The notes under the pieces are model-generated. The model was not told the DNA's origin, did no database searches, and saw nothing but the letters and a program-made list of their open reading frames with translations. A DNA stretch of 64,000 nucleotides from Bdellovibrionales bacterium (GTDB lineage: Bacteria; Bdellovibrionota; Bdellovibrionia; Bdellovibrionales; UBA1609). The translations under genes and the position numbers were made by a program. Below, piece after piece: positions 17,957 through 27,358 of this stretch (positions within the stretch are counted from its first letter, which is position 1; every line of letters starts with the position of its first letter). The DNA is taken from contig JAHDIR010000004.1 of assembly GCA_020630675.1 (NCBI GenBank), positions 13,688 through 77,687 of the forward strand, given 5' to 3'.

Positions 17957-18116
17957 ACCTTATATTATCATTTCGAAAAAAATTGTCTAACCAGAAATGG
18001 CAAACCCTAGTCAAAATAAGAGTCTATTTCATTAGCTAGGGCTTTTGTTGGGTCCTGTGGGTTTCAGCCAGGCACTCAAGGCGACCGGGTGTGTCGGCCG
18101 ATATAAATAACTTAAC

Positions 18117-19256
18117 TTACTTAATTTTGCCTTCTTTAGGTAAGACCTTTTGACAGAAAAGACCAGTGAGCTTAGTGACGAGAGGAGGCTTTGGCAAAGA
18201 AACTGTATTATGCTCTTCACTAATAACTGTCGAGAGAGCTTGAAACCCTTTCTGAAATAAAGGCCAAAGGCTGGGGTCAGTAATGCTTTTCGTTTCGCCA
18301 TTTTCGCCATTAAAACTCAATAATTGTGCAATTTCAGAAAAAGGTTCTGAGGATAACTGGGAGTCTTCATAAGCTTTAATAATAAGACCTAAGATTAAAG
18401 CCACTTTATTTCTCTCTAGGCGCCACTCTCTTTCGCTAGATGGTCTGTGTTGACTCGGAGAATGCTGAAACAGGCTGTCTAAGGTTTTAAAATAAGAACT
18501 GCGCCCAAAAGACGATAAAACTCTTAGCTTATTTTTCTCAGACAACAAATCAGAAATTGATCCCAGTCCAAACTTTTGTTGTAGGATTTTTTTTTGTTGA
18601 AAAGAAAGACTATCCAGATCGCTAAATTTGGTGAGATCATCTATAAGTAAAGTGTGGTCACTCTGATAATCACTAAAGTAAGGAAAAATAATCTTTTTAA
18701 AGCGTTCGTAAAATTTAAGAGACTGATCGTTGCTGATTTGGCTTAATTCACTGGCTGACAGAGTTACCTCAGCAATATCGGCAGCTGTTCTGCCGTCTGG
18801 TAGTTTTATTTTTGTTAGGGCTAATTTCATTCTTTCATCATTAGCTCCACTAAAAAAACTTATTTTTGAGTTTGGAATTTGTTCTAGTATTGCTTGTAAA
18901 AGCGCACCGGCATAATCCGTGACTCTAAAGTAGTCCCCTTCATATTCAAATATTTTATCTTTTTCACTAGGGTCATGTATAATATGAAAATTATGAACTT
19001 GATATAAGAGCGTCCAATCTAGATCAAATATAATGCGAATAAAATTATGAACATGAGGCTTTGTTGATTCATCAAGTCGGGATTGAGTTTGATCATAATG
19101 GTTTGAGCTTTGCTCCAATTGATTTTGGGCGAAAACAGTGGCCTGAAAAAATAAGCTAAAGAACAGAGCTGATTTACAAGTGAGTAAAATAAAAAAGTTA
19201 AAACTTAAAAGCTGAGCTTTTAATTGCTTTAATTTGTATTCTATTTGCCCAAGCAC
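18117..19256 (-). CDS. Secreted HAD-superfamily phosphatase, FCP1/NIF-like
   Basis: GTG start at 19256 lies 8 nt after GGGAGGGG. Signal peptide ends ATVFAQ. HAD motif I is FDLDWTL (nt 19025-19011), followed by FFSGAND and LLIDDL motifs. Confidence 0.5.
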   Translation of the reverse strand: MLGQIEYKLKQLKAQLLSFNFFILLTCKSALFFSLFFQATVFAQNQLEQSSNHYDQTQSRLDESTKPHVHNFIRIIFDLDWTLLYQVHNFHIIHDPSEKDKIFEYEGDYFRVTDYAGALLQAILEQIPNSKISFFSGANDERMKLALTKIKLPDGRTAADIAEVTLSASELSQISNDQSLKFYERFKKIIFPYFSDYQSDHTLLIDDLTKFSDLDSLSFQQKKILQQKFGLGSISDLLSEKNKLRVLSSFGRSSYFKTLDSLFQHSPSQHRPSSEREWRLERNKVALILGLIIKAYEDSQLSSEPFSEIAQLLSFNGENGETKSITDPSLWPLFQKGFQALSTVISEEHNTVSLPKPPLVTKLTGLFCQKVLPKEGKIK

Positions 19257-19536
19257 TTGTATTACCCCTCCCAAGATCACAATTAATATTAACTATTAAA
19301 AGTTAACATTGATTGGCTGTGTTCTGATTTTAGTGGCGTCTTGGTCAAAATAAAACACCCTATTGCACATTGGTAATTTGTCTTTATTTTTGCTTAGGTT
19401 CTTTATGGCAGCTCGAGAAATAACTAATTTTTTATGAATAATTTACAAAGAGAGCTCTAAATAAGTATTAATTTCACGGCCCCTTTTCGTTTTGCAGAAA
19501 CAATGGTCTATGTATTTTTTGTTCTAGGATTTTATT

Positions 19537-20409
19537 ATGAAAAAACTTATTTCCTTTGTCATTTATTTACTGCTGTTACTTTTTACTTCTCCGGCAGCAG
19601 CGACTTTCAATTGCAATGACCCATCTATTGTACCGTCTGTTTCGACCTCATCAAAATTTGTAATGGTTTCTTTAAAAAAAGTAAGGCCACTACAGTCAGA
19701 AGTGGGTGGCTTACTAGTTGAAAGAATTGCCAATAAAATCATAAGTAAAGCGGGCACTAAAAGAATACCGCTACTTCAACACATCGAAGAGCGAGCACGA
19801 GGCTTTGCTTTGCCAGTTATCGTTTCTCCCAAAGGAGAATACTTTCTGCTAGACTCTCACCACGGTGTGGCGGCTATTTATAGAGCATTAAATTTAAACG
19901 CCAGTTCTGCAACTTATCCTTTAGTTAAGCTTAAAATTATTGAGGACTATTCAAATAGTACGAATCAGCCAATGATTACTTATGATCAGTTTGTTGAAAA
20001 GCTACTTGGCCCTATTGCTGAAGGAGGAAAGGGCAAGGGGCAGTTTCCAAGTGAATTCAATGGCCTGACTCCAGCTCAAAAGTTTGATGAGCTTCCTCTT
20101 AGTTTTTTTGACTTACTTGATAATCCGATGAGGTCAATTGTTGGAGCAGTCTTTAAAGATTACCATGTTGAGCCGAAGTTTTTAAAAGACTATATAGAGT
20201 TTGATCTTATTCATTTTTTAGAAGAAGAAGGCTACACTTATGACAAAGGCAACATCCTGTCAGAAAAGAATATAGTTGCTGCTGCCGACTTAATATTTGG
20301 CTCTGAAAAAATTATGAATTTCTTATATGCATCTTCGTTATCCGAAAAAAAGGATCAAGCCAACAAAGACTCATTAAAAAGAGCATTGGCTATTTGGAAT
20401 AAAAACTAG
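19537..20409 (+). CDS. Secreted putative ParB-like nuclease (ParBc_2-type)
   Basis: Signal peptide MKKLISFVIYLLLLLFTSPAAA. VRPLQSEVG and LPVIVSPKGEYFLLDSHHGVAAIY match the ParB/Srx-like nuclease pattern (LRPTQ ... PVV.GP.g.yyl.DhHH). Confidence 0.55.
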   Translation: MKKLISFVIYLLLLLFTSPAAATFNCNDPSIVPSVSTSSKFVMVSLKKVRPLQSEVGGLLVERIANKIISKAGTKRIPLLQHIEERARGFALPVIVSPKGEYFLLDSHHGVAAIYRALNLNASSATYPLVKLKIIEDYSNSTNQPMITYDQFVEKLLGPIAEGGKGKGQFPSEFNGLTPAQKFDELPLSFFDLLDNPMRSIVGAVFKDYHVEPKFLKDYIEFDLIHFLEEEGYTYDKGNILSEKNIVAAADLIFGSEKIMNFLYASSLSEKKDQANKDSLKRALAIWNKN

Positions 20410-20426
20410 ACTTTAAAAAAATATAG

Positions 20427-21251
20427 TTAATTAAAGGTAGAAAACAAGAAGTAAAAAACAGGGGCCGCAAAATATAAACCATCCACTCGATCAAGAGCCC
20501 CTCCGTGACCTGGCATTATACTGCCAGAGTCTTTGAATCCAGAAATTCTCTTAATTAAAGATTCGAAAAAATCACCAAACTGAGCAGCGATTCCACAACA
20601 GCCACCAACGATAAGTGAGTGATGAAGATCAAGTAACGGCCAATGCAAATGTAAAAAAAATGCTCCTGCTAAGCAAGAAGCAAGAAAGCCCCCAGCTGAT
20701 CCAGCAATCGTTTTCTTAGGGGAGATATATGGCATAACTAAACGTTTTCCTAGAAATCGACCAGAAAAGTAAGCCATTACATCTCCAGAAAAAGTTATAA
20801 ATAATAAACTAACAAATAACTTTAGGCCCGTGCCAGAAAAGCTAAGAATTTTTAGAATAAAAAGGGGTAAAACTAATGTGTATAAAAAACCAAGAAAGCA
20901 GTAGGAAATTTCTTTTAAGATAAGTTCTAGGTTTTTATTGTTTCGCTGAAAACTAATTCCTAAAATAGAAAACAAAATAAAAATGAGAACTAGTTGAGGT
21001 AAAGTAACGGGGTTATAAACTAACGAAACTAATAAGCTGGCAATACAAATAGCGAGAAACCCTATGCAAACAAAGGTAGGTGCCTTTAAGTACTTCATTA
21101 AAATCATTTTTTTATACTCAATAACTCCCTTTGTAATGACGAAGAAACTAAAAGCAATGAGGCCTTGTTCTTTAAAGAAAAAATAAAGGGCAAATATAAT
21201 TCCAACCAATGTAACGGCTGAGAAAAATCTAATGATTAAATTTTTATCCAT
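20427..21251 (-). CDS. cdsA: Phosphatidate cytidylyltransferase
   Basis: Multi-TM protein with SGRFLGKR...PKKTIAGSAGG and GDFFESLIKR...KDSGSIMPGHGGALDRVD signatures. Confidence 0.92.
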   Translation of the reverse strand: MDKNLIIRFFSAVTLVGIIFALYFFFKEQGLIAFSFFVITKGVIEYKKMILMKYLKAPTFVCIGFLAICIASLLVSLVYNPVTLPQLVLIFILFSILGISFQRNNKNLELILKEISYCFLGFLYTLVLPLFILKILSFSGTGLKLFVSLLFITFSGDVMAYFSGRFLGKRLVMPYISPKKTIAGSAGGFLASCLAGAFFLHLHWPLLDLHHSLIVGGCCGIAAQFGDFFESLIKRISGFKDSGSIMPGHGGALDRVDGLYFAAPVFYFLFSTFN

Positions 21252-21987
21252 GAATATTTCTCATTGGCTGAGGAGGGGGCTGTGGCTCAGTGAGCCCGCC
21301 AAATCTACGATTTCTAGAGTTAAAGTCAACAATTGCTTTAGTGAGATCAGAAGGTGAAAAATCTGGCCATAGTTTATCAGAAAAGTAAAATTCACTATAA
21401 GCGGCTTGCCAAAGAAAAAAGTTAGAAAGCCGCCTTTCATTGCTGGTTCTAATGATCAGTTCAGGGTCAGGCATAAAAGCCGATTGTAAATAGGAGTTAA
21501 TGAGTTGTTCATTGATATCAGAAGAATCAAGGCGGTTATGTTTAATGTCTTCGGCAATTTTTTTTACGCTATCAATGACCTCTTGTCTTCCGCCATAATT
21601 CAGCGCAAAAGTAAGATTCATGCCTGTGTTATTTTTAGTGCTTTCAATATTTTCAATTAAAAGTTCTTGAACTTCTTTTGGCAAAAGTCGCGGGTTACCA
21701 ATGGTGTGAAAGCGAATATTGTATTTATTAAGTTTTTTTTGCTCATTTTTTAGGTACTTAATAAGCAAAGTCATTAGTAAAGAAACTTCATGCTGAGGGC
21801 GCTTCCAGTTTTCAGTGCTAAAGGCAAATAAAGTTAAATTTTCTACAGAGAGTTCAACACAACTTTTTATAATATCATAAGCTACTTTAGCCCCACGAAT
21901 ATGTCCATACACACGCTGATGGTTGCGCTTTTTTGCCCAACGCCCATTACCGTCCATGATGATTGCTATATGTCGAGGTGTAATCAT
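21244..21987 (-). CDS. uppS: Undecaprenyl diphosphate synthase (isoprenyl transferase)
   Basis: HIAIIMDGNGRWAK, FAFSTENWKRP and RTSNERRLSNFFLWQAAYSEF. Confidence 0.95.
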   Translation of the reverse strand: MITPRHIAIIMDGNGRWAKKRNHQRVYGHIRGAKVAYDIIKSCVELSVENLTLFAFSTENWKRPQHEVSLLMTLLIKYLKNEQKKLNKYNIRFHTIGNPRLLPKEVQELLIENIESTKNNTGMNLTFALNYGGRQEVIDSVKKIAEDIKHNRLDSSDINEQLINSYLQSAFMPDPELIIRTSNERRLSNFFLWQAAYSEFYFSDKLWPDFSPSDLTKAIVDFNSRNRRFGGLTEPQPPPQPMRNIHG

Positions 21988-21996
21988 AGTACAGAA

Positions 21997-22551
21997 CTAG
22001 ATTGTCAGAAGTTCTTTTTCTTTATCAGAACCTATATCGTCGACCTTTTTAATGTAGTCGTCGGTGATTTTTTGTAAATCAGCCATTCCTTTTTTTTGGT
22101 CATCTTCGCTGATTTCTTTATCTTTTTGCATTTTTTTGAGGGTATCGTTTCCATCTCTTCTGGCCATGCGAATGGAAACTTTAGCATCTTCGATAATTTT
22201 TTTAATATTTTTAACTAAATCTTTACGTCTTTCTTCTGTGAGTTCTGGAAGTTTTAAGCGAACCGACTTGCCGTCATTTTGTGGGCTCATTCCTAGGTTA
22301 CTTTTGATGATGGCTGCTTCAATATCTCTTAAGATATTAGCTTCCCAAGGAGAGATTAAAAAGGACTTGGCATCTGGGCAAGACACAGAAGCAACTTGGC
22401 TTAATGGAGAAGGAGTTCCATAATAATCAACCATCACAGAATCAAGCATAGACACTTGAGCTCTTCCGGTTCTTACTTTTTTTAGTTCACTTTGCAGAGA
22501 GGCAATTGATTTTTCCATTGATTCTGTAGCTGTACTTTTAATTTCTTCCAT
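21997..22551 (-). CDS. frr: Ribosome recycling factor
   Basis: Full-length RRF pattern (LQSELKKVRTGRAQVSMLD ... LPELTEERRKDLVK). Confidence 0.95.
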   Translation of the reverse strand: MEEIKSTATESMEKSIASLQSELKKVRTGRAQVSMLDSVMVDYYGTPSPLSQVASVSCPDAKSFLISPWEANILRDIEAAIIKSNLGMSPQNDGKSVRLKLPELTEERRKDLVKNIKKIIEDAKVSIRMARRDGNDTLKKMQKDKEISEDDQKKGMADLQKITDDYIKKVDDIGSDKEKELLTI

Positions 22552-22571
22552 ATTAAATGCCTCCTCAAAGA

Positions 22572-23285
22572 TTATTCTACGATGGTTCCGATGTTTTCAC
22601 CACGTATAGCTTTCGCCGTGTTTCCCTTAACGGTAAGGTTAAAAGTTCTTATTGGCAAATGGTTGTCCATACAAAGACTAATAGCGGTAGAGTCCATAAC
22701 TTTTAAATTTTTATTAAGAACATCGATATAGCTGATATGCTCAAATAATTCAGCATCATCATGTTTCATAGGGTCTTTGTCAAAAATCCCATCAACTTTT
22801 GTTGCTTTTAAAATAATATCGGCATTGATTTCCATAGCTCTAAGAGCAGCTGCCGTATCAGTCGTGAAGTAAGGGTTACCTGTACCTGCAGCAAAAATTA
22901 CAAGCCTGTTTTTTTCAAGGTGTCTAATGGCTCGGCGCCTTATGTAAGGCTCAGAAATGGCAGCCATTTCTATGGCTGATTGTACTCTGGTATCGACATT
23001 AAATTTTTCGAGGGCATCTTGAAGGGCCAAACTGTTAATGCAAGTGGCAAGCATTCCCATATAATCTGAGCTGGCTCGATCCATACCTTGGGCCGAAGCA
23101 GCAACACCTCTGAAGATGTTTCCACCACCAATGACAATTCCAATTTGAACGCCAGAGTCGTGGGCTTCTTTGATGTCTTCAGCGAACTGTCGAATCACTT
23201 CAGGAGAAATTCCGCTGCCGTCTCCGCCAGCAAGAGCTTCTCCACTAAGCTTTAATAAAACACGTTTATAAACAGGTTGAGCCAA
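22572..23285 (-). CDS. pyrH: UMP kinase
   Basis: [23 protein letters not shown] and [19 protein letters not shown]. Confidence 0.96.
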   Translation of the reverse strand: MAQPVYKRVLLKLSGEALAGGDGSGISPEVIRQFAEDIKEAHDSGVQIGIVIGGGNIFRGVAASAQGMDRASSDYMGMLATCINSLALQDALEKFNVDTRVQSAIEMAAISEPYIRRRAIRHLEKNRLVIFAAGTGNPYFTTDTAAALRAMEINADIILKATKVDGIFDKDPMKHDDAELFEHISYIDVLNKNLKVMDSTAISLCMDNHLPIRTFNLTVKGNTAKAIRGENIGTIVE

Positions 23286-23293
23286 GATGAAAC

Positions 23294-23944
23294 CTACTTG
23301 TTAAGTTGAGCAGCAACTTCTTCAGCGAAGTTCTCTTGCTTTTTTTCAATTCCTTCACCAAGTTCCCAGCGCACAAAGCGTCGAATCACCAGGTTCTCTC
23401 CAATTTTAGCAATTTTTTCTTGAAGGTAAGTTTCAACAGTAACATCTGGGTTTTTGACATATTTTTGGTTCATCAAAGATAAGTCAGCTTTCCACTTATT
23501 GATTTGACCATCTAAAATTTTATCTAAAAATTCAGCTTTTTTTCCTTCTTCAAGAGCCTTAGCTTTCAAAACAGCTCTTTCTTTTTCAACTTTTTCAGCC
23601 GGAATTTGATCTTCTGTTACACACTCTGGTGCAGCAGCAGCAATATGCATAGCAATGTCTTTAACAAAAGATTGAAACTCTTCGTTTCTGGCTACGAAGT
23701 CAGTTTCAGAGTTAATTTCAAGTAAAACACCAATTCGTCCACCAGCATGAATGTAAGATGTTACTAGGCCTTCAGCAGCAGTACGTCCAGCTTTTTTAGC
23801 TGCTTTACTCAAGCCCTTTTTTCTGAGCCATTCAACGGCTTTATCAAAGTTACCTTCACTCTCAGTCAAAGCCTTCTTGCAATCAAGCATTCCAGCACTT
23901 GTTTTAGCTCTCAATTCTTTTACTGCTGATGCAGATACACTCAT
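23294..23944 (-). CDS. tsf: Elongation factor Ts (short 216-aa form)
   Basis: [22 protein letters not shown]-like N-terminus and [13 protein letters not shown]. Confidence 0.95.
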   Translation of the reverse strand: MSVSASAVKELRAKTSAGMLDCKKALTESEGNFDKAVEWLRKKGLSKAAKKAGRTAAEGLVTSYIHAGGRIGVLLEINSETDFVARNEEFQSFVKDIAMHIAAAAPECVTEDQIPAEKVEKERAVLKAKALEEGKKAEFLDKILDGQINKWKADLSLMNQKYVKNPDVTVETYLQEKIAKIGENLVIRRFVRWELGEGIEKKQENFAEEVAAQLNK

Positions 23945-24000
23945 TTTTATCTCCTTTGCCCAAAATTTATTTTTTGAATTTAACAGGGCACTGTTTCGAA

Positions 24001-24036
24001 ATTAAAATGGAGCACAAATATAAAAAGTGTGCTCCA
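24001..24036 (-). terminator. Intrinsic terminator or attenuator between rpsB and tsf
   Basis: A 9-bp stem TGGAGCACA/TGTGCTCCA (24008-24016 and 24028-24036) with an 11-nt loop. On the minus strand it is followed by TTTTAAT. Confidence 0.6.
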
Positions 24037-24054
24037 TAAATTTTTAAAAATTAA

Positions 24055-25005
24055 TTATGATTCTTTTTTAGGTGAAGCTTCAGGGGCAGCGGCCTCAGTA
24101 GAAGCAGCGGCCTCTTCTGGAGCGTCTTTCTTTTCGCTTAACTCAAGCTCGATCTCAACATCTTCCGCCGTTCCAGCAGCAATAAGTTTACGGCCTTTGT
24201 TCATTTTAACAACAGTCGGCCCGCCATCTTTGCTGGCAGCTTTTGAACTACTTTTACTTTCAGCAGCTTGTTTTTGAGCCATTTCTTTATTTTCTTTTTC
24301 AAGAACAACTTTTCTTTCGGCCCAAACTTTAGCTCCCTCATTAAAAGAGTCAGCCATAAGGTTGCTAAATAGCTTGATAGAGCGAATGGCATCGTCGTTT
24401 CCAGGAATTGGAAAATCTATGCAATGTGGGTCAGTGTTAGAATCAGCAATACCAATTACTTTTATACCTAATTTTTTAGCTTCAGCAACGGCAATATGTT
24501 CTTTATTAAGGTCTACAACAAAAATAGCTGCAGGGTTATCCTTCATGTCTTTTATGCCGTCGAGATAATCACAAAGACGTGTGTATTCTTTGTCAATTTT
24601 TGCTCTTTCTTTTTTAGAAAAGAAGTCGAGCTCATTTTTTTCTTTCATGCGCTCAATCTTTTTTAAACGATCAACACTAGTTTTAATAGTTGTAAAGTTT
24701 GTAAGAGTTCCACCTAACCATCTTTTAGAAATATAAAATTGGTTACATTTTTCAGCGGCTTCTTTAATAGGATTAACAGCTTGCTTTTTAGTTCCAACAA
24801 AAATCATACGACCACCATTGGCTGCCATTTCTTTTACGTACTCCGCTGCTTTTTTAGCGCGAATCACTGACTTTTGTAGATCTATTATGTGAATTCCACC
24901 TCTTGCAGAATATACATAAGGTTTCATTTTTGGATTCCAGCGGTGGGTTTGATGCCCAAAATGAACGCCGGCGTCCAACATTTCTTTCATTGTTACTTGT
25001 GCCAT
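24055..25005 (-). CDS. rpsB: 30S ribosomal protein S2 with an extended low-complexity C-terminal tail
   Basis: [27 protein letters not shown] and the rest of the S2 core. The last 70 or so aa are Ala/Glu/Lys/Ser-rich. Confidence 0.96.
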   Translation of the reverse strand: MAQVTMKEMLDAGVHFGHQTHRWNPKMKPYVYSARGGIHIIDLQKSVIRAKKAAEYVKEMAANGGRMIFVGTKKQAVNPIKEAAEKCNQFYISKRWLGGTLTNFTTIKTSVDRLKKIERMKEKNELDFFSKKERAKIDKEYTRLCDYLDGIKDMKDNPAAIFVVDLNKEHIAVAEAKKLGIKVIGIADSNTDPHCIDFPIPGNDDAIRSIKLFSNLMADSFNEGAKVWAERKVVLEKENKEMAQKQAAESKSSSKAASKDGGPTVVKMNKGRKLIAAGTAEDVEIELELSEKKDAPEEAAASTEAAAPEASPKKES

Positions 25006-25028
25006 ATCGACCTCTCTGGTTATGCCTC

Positions 25029-25083
25029 CCCGTGTTTTTTAGACCTTTTACTATAAAAAAAGGACCAGAGTATGTAACACGGG
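25029..25083 (-). promoter_or_regulatory. Compound hairpin in the rpsB 5' leader
   Basis: Outer stem CCCGTGTT/AACACGGG and inner stem CCTTTT/AAAAGG. The structure ends about 20 nt upstream of the rpsB RBS (GAGAGG). Confidence 0.3.
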
Positions 25084-25183
25084 TGCGAATTAATATTGCT
25101 TTGGGTATAGCATAGGGGGGTAGGTGGCTGCAACGTAAATAATAACGCCATGCACCTTTGTAATGCTCAATTATATTAAATAC

Positions 25184-26251
25184 TTAAGCGCCAAGGTCGG
25201 GGTGTTCGACAAAGCTCTTTGCCACTTCAATGGCAGCCCAAAGATCACTTTCCTTTGTAAACAAGGGAGAGGCGCAATAGAGGTTATTTATTCCTTTCAT
25301 TTTTCCCAGCTCTTTAAACTCAAGATCAATGAAACCATGGGTTTGATCTTTTACGATCACTTTTTCAAATTCAATATTTTCATAAAAATCAGGATAGGCA
25401 CGTTTGATTTGTCGTTTCATGTTTTTAAGGGTGGCGCCGACTTTTTCAATATCTTCTGTTAGGTCCGAAGGAATTAAAGACATCCACTGCGAGCAATGTT
25501 CTTCAGAGGCTTTGTTGGTCCAAAAGTACCCAACGCAAGGTTCAAAATCTTCTTTGTTGCCCATTAAAAAATGTAATTCTTGTGACTCGCTGAGAGCTTC
25601 TTTGTGCTTATAGATAATTTGTAGGCCACTTAATGGTTTTGTCTTCGTTATTTTTTGTCTAAATTTTGTTGGCATTTCATTATGGTCAATAATATTCAAG
25701 AGACCATTGGGGGCATCACAGTAAATGATAGACTGAGCCTTTAGTGTTTTTTGTCCATTTAGCTCTACGGCTTCTACTCTTCCATCTTTAATAATAAACT
25801 GGGTGATTTCTTGAGAACCAAAAAGTTCGCCTTGAAAAGTTGATTTCAACTCTTCTTTCATTTGAAAACTTGTTTTGTTGAGCTGAAGGCGGTTTTCTTC
25901 ATTGTACCATGAAAGGTTTTCGATGGAGTGGCCAGCTCGCTCTCCAAAACCTAAAAACTGAACAAGCTTTCCAGAGTCAATAGTAAGAGGTTGAGAAGCA
26001 ACTTGTGTTTCTTCAAGATCAAGTTGAAATTGTTCATTCATCCATTGAATTTTATTTTCAACACCCTCTTTAACAGGAAAGAAATCAAAGTCGCCGGCAA
26101 GATTGCTAGAGGTAGGAAATAAATTGTTGGTTGGCTTAGATTGAACATAAGCTACTTTTTTAGATTTAGATAATGAATTTGCAATAAATAAGCTGGTCCA
26201 ATTGTCGCCAATAACGATGACTTCAAATTCATTTTTTGTAGGTTTAGACAT
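25184..26251 (-). CDS. Hypothetical protein with a degenerate Rossmann-like N-terminus (amine-oxidase/phytoene-desaturase-like layout)
   Basis: EVIVIGDNWTSLFIANSL occupies the position of a GxGxxG dinucleotide loop but lacks the glycines. A C-terminal NNLYCASP resembles the FAD-oxidoreductase C-terminal motif. Confidence 0.35.
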   Translation of the reverse strand: MSKPTKNEFEVIVIGDNWTSLFIANSLSKSKKVAYVQSKPTNNLFPTSSNLAGDFDFFPVKEGVENKIQWMNEQFQLDLEETQVASQPLTIDSGKLVQFLGFGERAGHSIENLSWYNEENRLQLNKTSFQMKEELKSTFQGELFGSQEITQFIIKDGRVEAVELNGQKTLKAQSIIYCDAPNGLLNIIDHNEMPTKFRQKITKTKPLSGLQIIYKHKEALSESQELHFLMGNKEDFEPCVGYFWTNKASEEHCSQWMSLIPSDLTEDIEKVGATLKNMKRQIKRAYPDFYENIEFEKVIVKDQTHGFIDLEFKELGKMKGINNLYCASPLFTKESDLWAAIEVAKSFVEHPDLGA

Positions 26252-26463
26252 ACTGTTTTGCTCCAGGAGAAATATTTTCGTTTAAATAGCTTAGGGTAAA
26301 AAGAGGCTTTGGTTTTTACCGCACCTTGTAAGTTCATCACCCAAACGACTTAATTTCAAGCAATAACAGAGCTTGTAATATGATGCGCCCTCTCAGTTTG
26401 GCTTTGTTCTGGGCTATTGTGGCCCAAGGTGAGGCAGGGTCTAGAAATTGGAAGTTTAATGAG

Positions 26464-27351
26464 TTAACAAAACGGGCGAACGAGAAAGGTTACAAACTTA
26501 AGGAGCCATCTTGTGGGAGCTTTCCAAAATGAATAGGCATTGAGTTTGTTAATCCAGCAAGGGGAGTGTTTGTAATAATAATAAATAAAAGAACGACCAA
26601 GGGGATAGTTCTTTAAAACATGATCCCTAAAGTTTCTAAGCGTCGACAATTCAGAACAGTCTTTGTCGGTAAAAACAGCAGTTGCGACAAAACACCCACC
26701 TTTAGCATTTTTGCAGTGTTTATATAGATCGGAGATAATCACAGGATTTTTTGCTTTAAGAGTGTATTTTTTAATTTTACGAACGGTCTGGCTTTGTCCT
26801 CGACTGTGCTGTAGCAAAACTTTTAATTTATCACAGGCAAACTTTAATTTAGCAGTTCCGTTTTCAAATTGGTCGTAAACATAAATTAAATCAAAATAAA
26901 GGTGGCATAAAACAGTGCATTCTTGCTGGCGTTGCTCCGAGGGAATTAGCAAGGGGTTAATGCCCTCAGGCCCTGTTTTGTAGGTTGCCTCTAAAATTTC
27001 AATATACTCTTCGTAGTATTTGCGGGCTTCAGAGTAAATTTTTTGTGACATAAGACTGCGACCAGTTTTTAAAATTTCTAGTTTTTTGGCCCACTTACTT
27101 TTTAGAATCGCTGTTTTTTGTTCAGCTTCGGCTTTGTGTCGACCGACCTGAGAGATGCTCCCTTTGAGCTCATCTAGGCATGAGCTACAGACAGCATCAA
27201 ACAATGTTTCGTTTTCAGAATACTTGAGGGCATCTTTAGTAAAGTCATCAATAATTTCAAGATCAAAGTTTTCTGTTCGACAGCTTGGGCATAAGCCAAA
27301 CTCAAACTCAACAGAGTCATCAATCTCTATATTTTCATCACTTTCGTTCAT
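26464..27351 (-). CDS. Hypothetical protein: N-terminal CxxC zinc ribbon, helical middle, C-terminal CFVATA...LRNFRD module
   Basis: CPSC(x31)CSSC near the N-terminus. The C-terminal GGCFVATAVFTDKDCSELSTLRNFRDHVLKNYPLGRSFIYYYYKHSP matches a widespread uncharacterised motif (CF[IV][AT]TA...DC.EL..LR.FRD...G......YY..SP). Confidence 0.5.
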   Translation of the reverse strand: MNESDENIEIDDSVEFEFGLCPSCRTENFDLEIIDDFTKDALKYSENETLFDAVCSSCLDELKGSISQVGRHKAEAEQKTAILKSKWAKKLEILKTGRSLMSQKIYSEARKYYEEYIEILEATYKTGPEGINPLLIPSEQRQQECTVLCHLYFDLIYVYDQFENGTAKLKFACDKLKVLLQHSRGQSQTVRKIKKYTLKAKNPVIISDLYKHCKNAKGGCFVATAVFTDKDCSELSTLRNFRDHVLKNYPLGRSFIYYYYKHSPCWINKLNAYSFWKAPTRWLLKFVTFLVRPFC

Positions 27352-27358
27352 CTAAATA

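Noticed and set aside
17990-18116. A locally GC-richer patch (GGGTCCTGTGGGTTTCAGCCAGGCACTCAAGGCGACCGGGTGTGTCGGCCG) considered as an sRNA or SRP-like RNA, together with the antisense ORF 18032..18310
   Set aside because: I could build only short imperfect stems and saw no SRP, tmRNA or 6S signature. The 92-aa ORF overlaps the 3' end of the HAD-like gene in another frame and has a low-complexity translation.
26380-26532. A 50-aa plus-strand ORF with a signal-peptide-like start (MMRPLSLALFWAIVAQGEA...)
   Set aside because: It has no Shine-Dalgarno sequence. Its 3' half overlaps, antisense, the conserved C-terminal module of the 26464-27351 gene. It is most likely fortuitous.
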